Position numbers and translations under genes: made by a program. DNA of 64,000 nucleotides from Squalus acanthias. Its lineage: Eukaryota. The notes below the pieces were generated by a model, which was not told the origin of the DNA, did no database searches, and worked only from the letters and a program-made list of their open reading frames with translations. The stretch's first letter is position 1. Each line of letters begins with the position of its first letter. Of the stretch, positions 14,216-26,796 are shown in pieces. The stretch spans positions 20,834,001-20,898,000 of the forward strand of contig CM059432.1 of assembly GCA_030390025.1 (NCBI GenBank). The letters are read 5' to 3'.

Positions 14216-14994
14216 GTATAATGAAACATGTAAGGTTATTTGCAAAATCTAAAACAAATACACAGCATTTTTAAATAAATGTCCCAAAGTTGAAATTGGT
14301 CTGACGGTACCCTCCAGTATGCATCTAATAAGAGAGACTTCAATTTATACATCACGGTATTGTATCTCAGCAATGTTTCAAAGCCCTTCCCAAACATTAT
14401 TATTTTGAAGTGCAAGATTACTTTGAAGTGCAGTGACTGTTTACATATAATCTAATGCATCAGATTATACAAACAACAATGGATAGCAGGTTTTTAAGGC
14501 CCTGATGGTGCTTCAGGGTATTGGACACTCAAAATTGCATTAATAGCCCCATCATGTTTAGAGATCACACTGAATTATTTCAGTAGTCTCACCCCATACC
14601 TTGGGACATGCCATTGGGTTGGGGTAAGTGATACTTGCGTGTCAAGTAGGATTAGCGTCCTCTATGGGGCTGTGTTGCTAAGATCTACCTCTTCATTCCA
14701 TCTAGCCTTCCCACATTACAGCAGTGACTCCACTTCAAATAGTACTTCATTGGCTCTAAAGCACTTTGAGACGTCCGGTGGTCGTGAAAGGCGCTATATA
14801 AATGCAAGTCTTTCTTTCTTCCTTTGCCTTCTCTGGTATTGTGATATTCTCTATGGTCATGGAATACCAGTATTGCTGCCTGGTAACCTAGAGGTCAAGA
14901 ACTGCCTTATTGTACAAACCACAATTTCTGCAAATAAACATTTTGCGGAATAATGAGATGAAAGGATTTATTTGAGAAGCAGCAAAATATGAGA

Positions 14995-15271
14995 GGGTCG
15001 AATTTCTGCAGGGCTACCTCGATCGCCGTTGATACGATGTTTTTGGTGATCTTCTGCCAAAGTTATGGCAGGAAAACCCCATGGAAATGACTGCTGCGGG
15101 CGACTTTGGGGGTGTATTTCCACGGGCGTTCTGACCGATCATTCATCGTAGCTTCAGCGGAAGAGCTGTGGAAAGTCTGGGAACACGGTGTGAACATTTT
15201 TCTGGGGGCCTCGCGGCTCTTCCGCTAAAGTTACAGCAGGAGAGCGGAGAACCTCTGCCATATTTCACCCC
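14995..15271. mobile_element. Short MITE-like element with imperfect TIRs
   Basis: GGGTCGAATTTCTGCAG ... CTGCCATATTTCACCCC; CpG-rich with internal repeats; related fragment near 7285-7441. Confidence 0.5.
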
Positions 15272-18200
15272 CTTTGACTCAGTAACTTACGCAATGAGAG
15301 TTTGGCAATAACATCCTTTCACACGTCTACCTCATAAATTATTTCCCTGAAATTCCTGTACATAATATCCAAGGAGCAATTTACAATGCAGTTGTTTAGG
15401 AAACACACCGGCAGTATTGCACAGGGAGCTAACCCAGGTCAATCAGCTATTTACCAACTTGTATTTTTCTAACTCCCTGTTTGGAAAATATAAGTTACAA
15501 AGCAGGGGTAAAAGGCCATTATGTCTTTGTTTTTAAACCCCTTTTGGGAGTATATTTGGTCTTAAATCAGAGCGGCGTTATATTTCTAAAGATCTTCAGA
15601 GAGTTTTCCGACAGGCTTGGCTCCAACAGCAACCTGTTCTAAAGCACAGAATTGACTCACAGTCACTCTATTGACTGTGGACATTTGTGCTGCAGCAAAT
15701 GCATTTTCTGACATTTATGGCATTTACGAGAGTGAGTCTCAAATGATTTATAAATGTTACTTCAGGCCCAGAGATTGTGACTCAGTCCTGTGCCATTATT
15801 ATTTTTCTAATGTGCAAAATTATCTTATGTGTGAATCACTGAAATATCTGATGATTTACTTGAGCATGGAGGTTTCTCAATGATTTCTGTGAAAGTACAA
15901 CCTTGTGATTAACGCTTATATATAAAAAAAAGCTGGATGATATCTGTTTAGCAATAAGTTTGATGGTTACAAAGATGTAATGCTTCCTGAGGATGGTGGA
16001 AACATGTCAGGGAAGGCAGTTGGCCCAAGTATGTAAAATGCATGATCTGAGCTGCAATAGGTGTTCTGACATTTGGTTTGTTTTACATTTGAGGCATGAC
16101 CGGAGGAGACTTTGCAAATGCTTTCCTCAGGAGATGAAATGGTCTGGGTAGTGCTTGCAATAGAGTTGATCTGGAAAGAATGGTCTCTATGTGTGAAAGA
16201 CTTGGATCTTGTTTCATGCTCTCATTAATTTGAGCAAGTATTAATCAAGATTTGTTTTATGCTCAGGGAAATGCGTTAATTTATTACATTTTCTGCTACC
16301 TAGTTATTTGTCTAACTGTCCATTAAATGACTTGAGAATGGCATGACTAGAGTTACAATATAGAATAAGTATCCTGGTAAAAGATAATGACATGCTTCAG
16401 TAAAACTGCCTTTTAATTGTCTTGTGAAGTCTTTTCTTCCTTTCATATTGATTTGAAGTAATGTGGCAAACCTTTGTGGATATAATGACTTTGGCTGCAG
16501 AGAGAAAAAGGAAATTGGCTATGATAATACAATGTATGAACTCAAGAAGACATGCTCACTAACTGGGAAAATAATGAGATCCCACATGCTATGAAACATA
16601 CAAGATGGCTGGGAATTTGAGGCTGTAATACAATCTCAGATTTTGCTTTCACAGTTTTATTACCACGTCTGAATCTCTTCTTCCCCACCCCCCCACCCCC
16701 CACACAAAAGGTTGTATTTCAACCTACATCAAAGGCCCAGCCGTCTTCTGTCGATGTATTTTTAAAATTGATTTTGAAAGTAACTGTGTACAACTGAAAA
16801 TAGCTGTAACAAGGATCGAATTCTTGCAAAATTACACGGGTGTCATTGGAAGCACAATAAACCAGGGATATGTCATACTTAGATGTCAGTGGGAAACGAT
16901 GTCTACTCCAGGTAGAAAGTAATGGTTGCCACTCCATTGAAACTGCTGCTCACAAGGATTGAACTTCAGGTGATGACAGTGTCTAAGAAAGAGACAGAGA
17001 CAGGAGTTGTATTTGATGCTTTGTTGCTTATATTTTCTGTGGGATTTTGTGGAGCAGTACGGACATTGAGACGAGGGAGGAGCAGCATTTGTGTCTGTGG
17101 CTTACAAAATGGAGGTGTGGATTAAGTCCCAGGAGCTCTCGTTCTGAAGATCATAATTTAGGTACAGTTGGGGAATCCCATTTGGCCTGAGTTAGCAGTG
17201 TGCGAGATTGGATTGTCACACGGTACAGCTGTTTTTGCTATTGTGATGTAGATGCTTTTGGAGAGACTGCTGCAGTTGTTGACTGCATTGTCCCAGATCT
17301 ACACATCATGTCAATTGCCATAAAGAGGAAAATATTCCCTTCACTCCTCAGCACACAATGATGTCTACAAACAAAGCCAATTCTTCACATACCCAGACAA
17401 GTGATGTCTTCTCTGGTTCCTGCAGTCAGTCCCAGAACGTCAGACCGTGCTTGTTAAAATGTAATGAGTTGAGAAGAGTGTTTGAATTCCAGTGTCTGGC
17501 GAGCACACCACACAAATTATCCCCTAGACTTCATTTAATGTAGGTGTTGTTTTATATTTAATAACTAATAGCCACTGCACAATTTTCACATCATTGCAGT
17601 GAACTATGATTTGACATTTGAAGAATAATTGCATTTTTCTTTTTAAAAAGTGAAGTTGGATTCGATTTTCCTTAGTAAGCCTTACTTTAACATATCTGTT
17701 TTCACGAGAATTTGTATTTTTTTTGTGCCAAAGCCTATTTCTGTTAAGGGAAAATTCAAAGTCTGAGGTTATCTGAGGGAAAACACTTTAAAAAAAATAT
17801 TTTGGGCAAACTTATTCAATGCAGGAGATCAAAAGATCATGAAGCAACTTAAAGGAGCAGGCCCAATTTGGGTTCCTTAATGTCCTAAATGTGAACAGTT
17901 TCTGCAGCAAATGCACAATACTGTGGATGATGGAAATCTGATCTGAAAATCGAAAATGCTGGAAATTCTCAGCACGTCTGGCAGCATCTATGGAGAGAGC
18001 TCTGGTTTATGGTGCAGTTGGAACATTAGGGACCAGCAAATTTCCCTCAGTCTGGAGCCGAAGTGGGTGAGGGCAACGGCCCAGAAAACAAAAGTAAAAA
18101 AACACGTTCAAGAAAGGAATTAGGCTGCAGTTGACCAATTGACCCTTGCTTTTTATCATGCCAGTTTAAATCAAAGCCGTTTATTATCACTGTATTCTCA

Positions 18201-19422
18201 AAACCACACAAAGCGGAGCCATTTCCTGTTATTTGTACAGAATCAATAATCTTTTTCTAAGCTAAAAATAGATCCCCTTTTGAAATCACATGATTTATAT
18301 GTCAAGACAAGCATTTCACATAAGCCACAAGTTAGCTCAGTATAAAGGAGAATCTGTTCGATGCACTGGGTGTTAAATCACATCATTCAATAGTTTACTC
18401 ACAAGCAGGATGCTGTATCCAGTTTTCTGACCTGTGTGCTGTTGTGCCGAAATTCAACTTTGACATTTGCAATTTCTCTTTACATGCCAGGTGGCATTTT
18501 GCCATCTTGCTGAATGTCTGAAGACTTCCTTGTACCCAGGTTGCCCGGTGCATAAGCTCCAAATGCCATGCCCTATTTTGAGTAGCGGACCCTGAAATAC
18601 TCAGTCCCCTTCAGAGCTCGATGGACAATAATTTACAGCTGAGTTGAGCTGTCAGGATCAGGGATCTAACTAAACGTCTGAGCCTTGACTGAATGACTGA
18701 CATTCCGGTTGGGCTTTAATAGAATGGATCTGAGCTGTCTAATTGGGAAACCTGCCAATGTAATAATAGTCAGACAGAAATTAGGGCACGATTGACATTC
18801 TGCCACTTGCTGTTACTTGTATATCGAGACATCTAAAGGCATGAATAGAAGATCACCACTGCACCAATACATTTTCTCTACTTTGACTGTAATATTAAAT
18901 TCTTGGAAAGTGACCATGGAAATGTGGCTGGAATATTTCAGAACCGTAGGTATAACAGTTATGACAGTACAAGGCAAATTTTGCACAGCATGATAGCACA
19001 CAGTTCAAAAGATTTTTGTTTTGAGTAAACTATTGATTATTTTGAACTGGAATTCCCCATTGACATGAAAAATTGTCCAAACGTTTTCACATTTAGCCTG
19101 GGTATACTTATCCTTGTGAGCACCCTTACTAGCATGTGACCAATGATGCATTTCCAGTTCATTTTTTTTTAATCCCTTTCCTTATCTGTTTGTAACAATT
19201 CTTCAGTTTTCTTATTTCTTTGTTTTCCCTCATTCTCCCTTTAATCCTCATCTGCTTTGTCTTCTCATTTTGTGTATAGTCCTCTTCTTAAAACTATTTA
19301 TTGACCTACTTTATATCATAATCTATTTAATATCATTCACCGTGACTGACAAATGATAATAAAAAGGCTCCACCGCAACAAAACCGTAACTGAGTAACAA
19401 TCAAATGAATCTTCTTTTTCAG

Positions 19423-19587
19423 GTGACCCTGCAGCAGAGGAATGGTCCCCCTGGACTGTCTGTTCTTCGACTTGTGGGCAGGGTACACAGACCCGGATGA
19501 GATCCTGTGTATCATCTCCATATGGCACCTCGTGTAGTGGACCTCTGCGAGAAATGAGACTATGCAACAATTCAGCAGTGTGTCCAG
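19423..19587 (+). CDS. ADGRB1: ADGRB1/BAI1-like adhesion GPCR exon, thrombospondin type-1 repeat (equivalent to human BAI1 TSR2)
   Basis: cttctttttcAG|GT GAC CCT ... TGT CCA G|GTttgc; 165 nt, phase 1-1; encodes (G)[54 protein letters not shown], matching recalled BAI1 [19 protein letters not shown]...[18 protein letters not shown]. Confidence 0.95.
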
Positions 19588-22500
19588 GTTTGCTTGAACT
19601 AATGGAAACACTTGTTGTTGCCGTGCATTGCCTTGACTTATTTATCCCAGCTCTCTTTTCATTTCGATCTGTGCTTGTGAGCTGTCAAGGTATTTGACCA
19701 TGACAGCGCTGGAAAATTGCCAGTGACTGCATCAAAGTTCCAAAGTCAAGAATGACTTTGGTCTGATGCAACGCTGATGTCCTTTCTGATTGCCCCGACA
19801 GTATGCACCAACCTCAAAGGCAACACCAAAGCCACCAATGTGACATTTCCATCCCCTGCACCTTCATTTCCTCTAACCATCTATGCAAGTGAAGGTTTCT
19901 CGCTCAGTCCTCAGTTTTCAGAACTGTGTTGAGATGTGGACTTCTACCGTGGATGCGGGTTTAAAACTTGACAGACTGTCTTTGCTTAAGACTCTTAGCA
20001 GATGTTGGATAAAGGAAACCTTCATCATCTCTGGTCTGCCCTGGCTTTAATCTTGGTTCCAGAGTTCAAAGAATAGTGTTCTCATAAATTCCCCAGACTT
20101 CAACTTATTCAGTGTAGTCATAATTCCTGATCTTTAGTTTTCATTGCATAATTTTTACTTTGCTGTAATGCAATATCACCTAAAATTTGGAAAGTGCCTT
20201 CCTTCCTTTTGTATGTGCTTTTCGAGAAAGGTAATATGATTTTTTTTTTGTTAAGCCAGACTATATAATAGTTTGAAATCATCATAAAAGGTAAATACTT
20301 TATCGAAAAATGTTACAAACTTTGGAGAGAAATAAAATCTACTTTTTTTTAACCTTAAGTAATGCTACAGATTGACTGTTGTCAAGTAAAAACAGCATGA
20401 GGTTTCTGCCAAGTTATGGGCAAAGGTGGATGTCTCCCTAATGTTCTGGCTGGACATATATTGCCTTTAAAGGTTATAAGTCATCAAAATGGCTTATCTA
20501 TGACACAAGATTTACAGAATTTTCTTTTACTGATTTGCTGAAATGTTAGCCTTTGTGATTTTTTTTTGTGTAAAGCATTTTGAAATATTCTTCCAATTAG
20601 TATGGAACTGCAGAAAACTTCATTTTTATGAGTTACTTGGTGAATGTGAGCCGTGGGCTTTTACATTACTTATAGGATTTGGCTTATACTGCAAGGAGTA
20701 GATTTGGACTATTCAATTTGCAATCACCTGTTTTGCATCTCTCCTGATTTTTCTTTCCATTGAAGTCAGCGAGAGATGTAAAACGGGCTACCAATTCACT
20801 ACACCCATTTTACACTATCGCACAGTGTCAAAATCTACCCCCGAATCAATGCATGTGTGATGGCATACCGTATTGTGAGTAAACTACTAGTGATTCCCAC
20901 TGAACCCCCTCCAGGCACTGTCTTTTTCATAGAAATTTGGGTAACTATAGAATGATGTGTTTCTTCCAAGTGATTCCTGGCTTTAAAGTGCTCGTTGCAT
21001 ACTAGCACTAGGTATTGATGCATTACATGCATCAATATTTTTGTTGTAACATGTTTTTTGCATAATTTCTTTATCCAAGGGGCTGGCAAAAGTGTCGCTG
21101 TTAAAACCTCTCTGATGCTGGGCGGACATGTCAAAATACTCCCAGAGGAGGTAGTTGATTTGGATTCAGTTGGCATCTTTAAAATGTGGCTGGATCGATA
21201 TCTGTTGAGTAGCGAGGGAAGGAATTTAGTATTGGATCAAGAGTTGGGTGGCAGAAAGCTCATGATAGAATAATCACACAGGGTCTCTGGATAGAGTGGG
21301 TTTGATGGGCCAAAAAAGCTTTCTCTTGCTCTGGATTTCTTATGTTATTCAACTGGCCTCCACTCTTCATTCTAATTTCTTCAATTCATGGAGCCAGAAG
21401 TTAGAGAGCTTGGAGGGAGATGGTGAGGGGAAGGGTTGTATGAAGACATCTTAAATGTAACATGCTCTTTCTTCAGGCTTTCCTTTCTCGGTTTGTCAAC
21501 AAGAAAATCTTGGGAACTAGAGATCCCTAATAGCACCTGCAGCTACGTGATAGTATATCGTGGTAGATGTTGAAGAAAGATCAATGTTTAATCATTCGGC
21601 CTCAAGGCTTATAAGCAAACAAACAAACTTCCCAATATGCATTCCTGCTGCAAAACATATTTTTTAAAGCAGTTGAACATGGACATTTCCTCCCACAAGT
21701 ATGTTGCTATCAGTCCTAAACTGAATAAGTGTAAAGAAGAAGTAGTACAGAGTAACAGAAAAGCTTCTTCCAGACACTGTGTAGCCTGGGTTTGTTATTT
21801 ATATACACGAGTGTATCTAGGAGTGGAAAACAGTGCATTATTCAATCCATGCCGAAGTGTAAACCAGAGAATACAAACTCTTATATATAAAAAAAAACTG
21901 GTGTGACAGAACCTGTATAAAAATAACAAATTTATTATTTTGTTACACAAATCACACAGAGGAAATCTTCCCTCCCCCAATCAGACTGACTGAATTGTTC
22001 TTGAACTGCCTCACCAGAGATCAATCATTTTTAAAGTGGACAGCCATAAATGGTGGATAAGTGATTGATCCCTTCAACTCATATATATTTTTGAAACTAT
22101 CAATGATTCCCACATGCAGAAAAGATTTAAATTATACCTGACCTACGGGCTTAGGGTTAGGCTATAACTTTATTTCACTACGTAAGCTGTCATTGGTGGA
22201 TGTTGAGGGCTGTCGTGGGAAGGGCAGAGAGTATACTCCGGACTCCTTACAAAGGTTGAGATAAGAACTGAGGTTTGCTCACAGCGCTGCTGAGGTAAAC
22301 ACAGCTAGTGGAGGTCAGGTGAGGGCTCTTAATGGGCGGGCAGTTGAAGACCGATAATGGGGTTGAGATCAGAGTTACTAGCAGGGGTGAAGTTACCTGA
22401 AAGATAATGCTCACCCTGGACAATAAACCTGGATCTATGAAAATGTCCTATTAATTATTGTGTTTTCCTTGCATCTGGGTGAGTAAACTGCTAGATTTAC

Positions 22501-23634
22501 AACTTATTTTCACACTTCTCAACTAGCTAAACAACTTATTAGTTGCTTGAGCAGAATGAATCTGATTATCAGTGTGAGTAGGCCCTTATTGGCCATGGTC
22601 TTATGAATAACGTTATCAAATTTGTAAACTATGAATCTGTGGAGAAAATCAAGACATAATCACCGTGTTGATTGTCGAATGAAGCTTGTGAACAGAATTA
22701 GATGAATTTAAATAATTATTATTTCTAAATCGGCAAAGTATAGGCCATGGTGACTAAAGAGGCTAGAAATTGAGCCAAAACATAGCTCCTGGCCTTTTAA
22801 ATAGGAGTTATCTGTACATTCCAAGGAAGGAAATGTTGCTGTGTATTCACTTGAGCACAGATTTAATAGAATTAAATGATTCTCATTTTAATTTATAGTG
22901 AATAATTTCACATCTGTGTAACATACCTAACATTTGAAGCAAAATTGTGCTTGAGTCGCAGGACTTGTACTTCTGACGTCCACATTATTTTTATATTCTA
23001 GTTTGAGGTAGGAATGTGGGAAAATCAGGAAAAACGTACAGTGACTTTCATTTCCATGCTTGTATTTTCCATTTGTAGTCAGTGGAGAAAAAAAAGCTCG
23101 CCACATCAACCTGTTTGCTAGCCCAGGCACCGTAGTGTAGTGAATATGATACTGGACTAATAATCCAGAGAACATGAATTCAAATCCCACCATGGCAGTT
23201 TGAGAATTTGAATACTGTTTCAAAATTCTGGACAGAAAATGCTGGTATCAGTAAAAGTATCCATTAAGCTGTCGGATTGTCGTAACAACCTTTAAGTAAA
23301 GAAGCCTGCTGGCCTTTATGTGACTCGAGTGTGGTTGACTCGTAACTGCCCTCTCAAGTGGCCTAGCAAGCCAGTATCAGCGGCTCAAGAAGGTGGAATC
23401 ACCAATTCTGTTAAATTTATATATAAAAGGGATTAAAAAATAGTAATCTCATCTGATCATTATCTGATCTATATAGAATGTTATGCTTCACACATTAGTT
23501 TCAGTTAGTTTTGAGATTAATTTGTGTAATGAATTAAACAGGGAAAAGTTATCACTCTGCTTGGTTCTTAGCCCTGAACTATTTTGAAGAGGCTTCAGGA
23601 AAGATTCTGGTACATAGGGCTCTAAATTAGGAGG

Positions 23635-24075
23635 AGAATGGTACCAGGGATGAGGGACTTCAGTTATGTGGAGAGACTAGAGAAGCTGGGATTGTTCTCC
23701 TTAGAGCAGAGAAGGTTAAGAGGAGATTTAATGGAGTTGTTCAAAATTATGAGGGGTTTTGATAGAGTTAATAAGGAGAAACAAGTTCCACTGGTGGGAT
23801 GGTCAATAGCCAGAGGACACAGATTTAAGTTAATTGGCAAAAGAACCAGAGGGGAGATGAGGAGAAATTTTTTTAGGCAGTGCGTTGTTATGATCTGGAA
23901 TTCACTGCCTGAAAGAGTAGTGGAAACAGATTCAATAGTAACTTTCAAAACGGAATTGATATATATTTGAAAAGGAAAAATTTGCAGAGCTATGGGGAAA
24001 AGCTGGGGAGTGGGACTAATTGGATAGCTCTTTCAAAGATAGACTGAATGGCCTTCTTCTGTGGTGTAAGATTCC
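23635..24075 (+). mobile_element. CR1 3' fragment
   Basis: MVPGMRDFSYVERLEKLGLFSLEQRRLRGDL...RRNFFRQCVV. Confidence 0.9.
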
Positions 24076-26547
24076 ATGTAGATATAAACAGGCTGCTTGA
24101 CATAGACTGAGAGCAAAGAGCTAGATGACACAGGTTCAGAATTTACAAACATCAGGTGAGATTGGTGATTGTAAGAAATCTACTTTCTCTTACATAGTGG
24201 TGTAAAAGCAATTGAATTGGGAAGCAAGTCCATTCGTAAGAAAGATTCAGCATCATTGGAATTTCTACTGGCCTGCTAAAGGCTGCACTTCCTATCGCCA
24301 GCTGGTACTACTCAAGAACTGTCGTTCCCAATTGACGTACTAAAATGAAGAAGATGCTAAACACCAGCTTGCTGTGCATGGACGTGCTCTTTGATGTGAT
24401 AGTGTGAGCACAAATTGAAGCTGAAACATTATCTCTTTTTGGAAGAAGAGTGATGGTTACGGGAATTAGTACAGACTGAGATGAGCACAAAGGAACATGA
24501 TGGTTCCTTTGTTGTTGTGTCTGGAGGAAGGGGAATTCTGTCCGTGGAGAGCAACAAACCCCATGTTGAATAGTAAAGATGTGTTGATAGATAGTCAGGC
24601 GTTTTGTTTGATTACATTTGGGGATCAGGGTATATTCATGCAAAACCTTCTTTGAGGGTGGTGTAGAGTCAGATTAAATTGCACATGGGTTGTGACAGGA
24701 GCAGGCTTGGCAGGCTGAATAGCCTTTAGACATTTTATGCTTTCTTGCATTCTTATGCATGCACTAAAACCCGCAGCCATTTATTAAAGAGAGCACTCTT
24801 CTGTAGAATGAAGCAGGATCAAAGTAAAACGCTTCAGTCCCTTACGCCTCCAGAATCAAAGGAATAATTCCGTCCTGAATGGCAGCTCTGGAGTAGGCAT
24901 AAGACTTGGGGAGCATGCCTTTGAGTTAGAAAGGTTCATTATCAGCTTAATTTCTACATGCCTGACAAAAACTGCACTTCATATCATAATCTGCTCTTAG
25001 TCAAGACATTGTGGACTGCAGTTCCCAATTGGCACGCTGAAATGAAAGAGATGCTGAACTCCAGTTTGGTCCGTGTAGGCATGTTCTTCAATTTGATAAT
25101 GTCAGAACAGTGATGGTGGCAGCAGTCCAGTGGTGGCCACACAACAGCCATTTGGTATGGGAATTGCAGAAGAAACCTTCCCCTTTGATAATCCCACAGG
25201 AAACTACTGAATTTTTAAAGGACAAACGAAGCATAAATAGAGGGCAAATGGAGAGGTGACTGGGCAGCACAGTCAGCTTTTCTTTGAGTTCAGTTGAGTA
25301 ATGTCATTGTACTCGGCTACCCTGACTTTATTTGTTAAATTAGCCCCGAACCATATTGTGTTCTTGTGCTGCAGGACATAAAGTTCCCACTTCCTGTAGT
25401 AGAATAAAAATGAAGTAAGAACAAGTAAATTGTTATTTGTAGCAATCGAACAAAACAGCACTGGGACTTGGCCCAAATACTTAGCCTGAGCCCATTGAAC
25501 TGGGAGCCAGATTGAAAAGACTGAAATCACACAGTCAGATCACTAATGCAATTAAGGATCTCCCTTAGCTCCAAGTTTATTTGCCTGGTCTTGGTTTCTT
25601 GTACACTGCACAGTCTGTTTTACGCAAAAAGAGCCTAAACAAGCAAAGTTGGGCTGGACTGAAGCCATCAGATTTGGATTAATTTGAATTTCTTGGATGT
25701 GTGTGTGTTTTCTTTAACTGTGTCCTGCAAAATTAAAGAATCAACAGTGAAGCAGCTTCCCACTCGTGCTTCTCAAAGGCACAGATCAGACAAAGAAGCT
25801 TTATCCACCTTTTGTGTTTTACATTTCAGTGTTAAGTCACTAGCACTGCTTGCTCGTTTATCTCATTGCTGTTGGTGGGAGCTTGCTGTGCGCAGACTGA
25901 TTGCTACTTTTACAACAGTGATTGCACTTCAAAAGCAATTCATTGGCCGTGAAGCACTTTAGGATGTCCTGAGGTTGTGAAATGCGCTACATAAATGAAA
26001 AGTTATTTCATCCTCTTTCTATATGTGAGGCTAGATGATGATTGTTGTTGGCCTCTTTGACCATGAGGGTCCACACATGCACTTTCCTTATGGATCACCA
26101 GATGGTGAGCAGGAGTTGGAACTCTGGCTGACATTTCCCCTATCTGGCCCAGGAATACTGAGGCCAGTTTTAGTGGCCATTATGCTGCTCCTGTCAGCTA
26201 ACTTGGTACAGACATGGATCAAACCTATAACCTTTATGTTCTGTATGGTTTAGTTGAACATGGCAGACTACTTGCCAACTGTGCCATCTGCAGATCTATT
26301 TATGCTATTTCAACGTTTATTATTGTTTAGCCAGTAGGGGAGAGCTAGTGCTGTCAATTTAGAATGCATTCATTCTTCAGGAATATGTAGTGAATGTCGA
26401 AGCAGAGCTGCTACACAGTTTATGTTACGCCCAATTACCAGGTCCACCTGACTGACACTGATTGATTAACTGTCTTTCCTCCTCCCAAATGTTCACAGAT
26501 AGACTTAGCCATAACATGAGATCAAGACCTTGTTATTCTGTTTTCAG

Positions 26548-26712
26548 TCCACGGTGTCTGGGAAGAATGGTCGCCATGGAGCTTGTGCTCCTCCACATGT
26601 GGAAGGGGTCACCGAGATCGCACCCGCTCCTGCATACAACCTCAATTTGGAGGGAACCCTTGTGAAGGACCTGAGAAGCAAACCAAGTTCTGCAACATTG
26701 CGCTTTGTCCTG
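26548..26712 (+). CDS. ADGRB1: ADGRB1-like exon, TSR (BAI1 TSR3 equivalent)
   Basis: ctgttttcAG|TC CAC ... CCT G|GTatgg; 165 nt, phase 1-1; (V)[54 protein letters not shown]; the [24 protein letters not shown] stretch is BAI1-type. Confidence 0.96.
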
Positions 26713-26796
26713 GTATGGTCTTTTCTTTGTTACATTTTCATCTAACTTTGAGACTTAAGGGGTCAATTGTAACTGAGCCCACTCGTTGGAAAGCTG

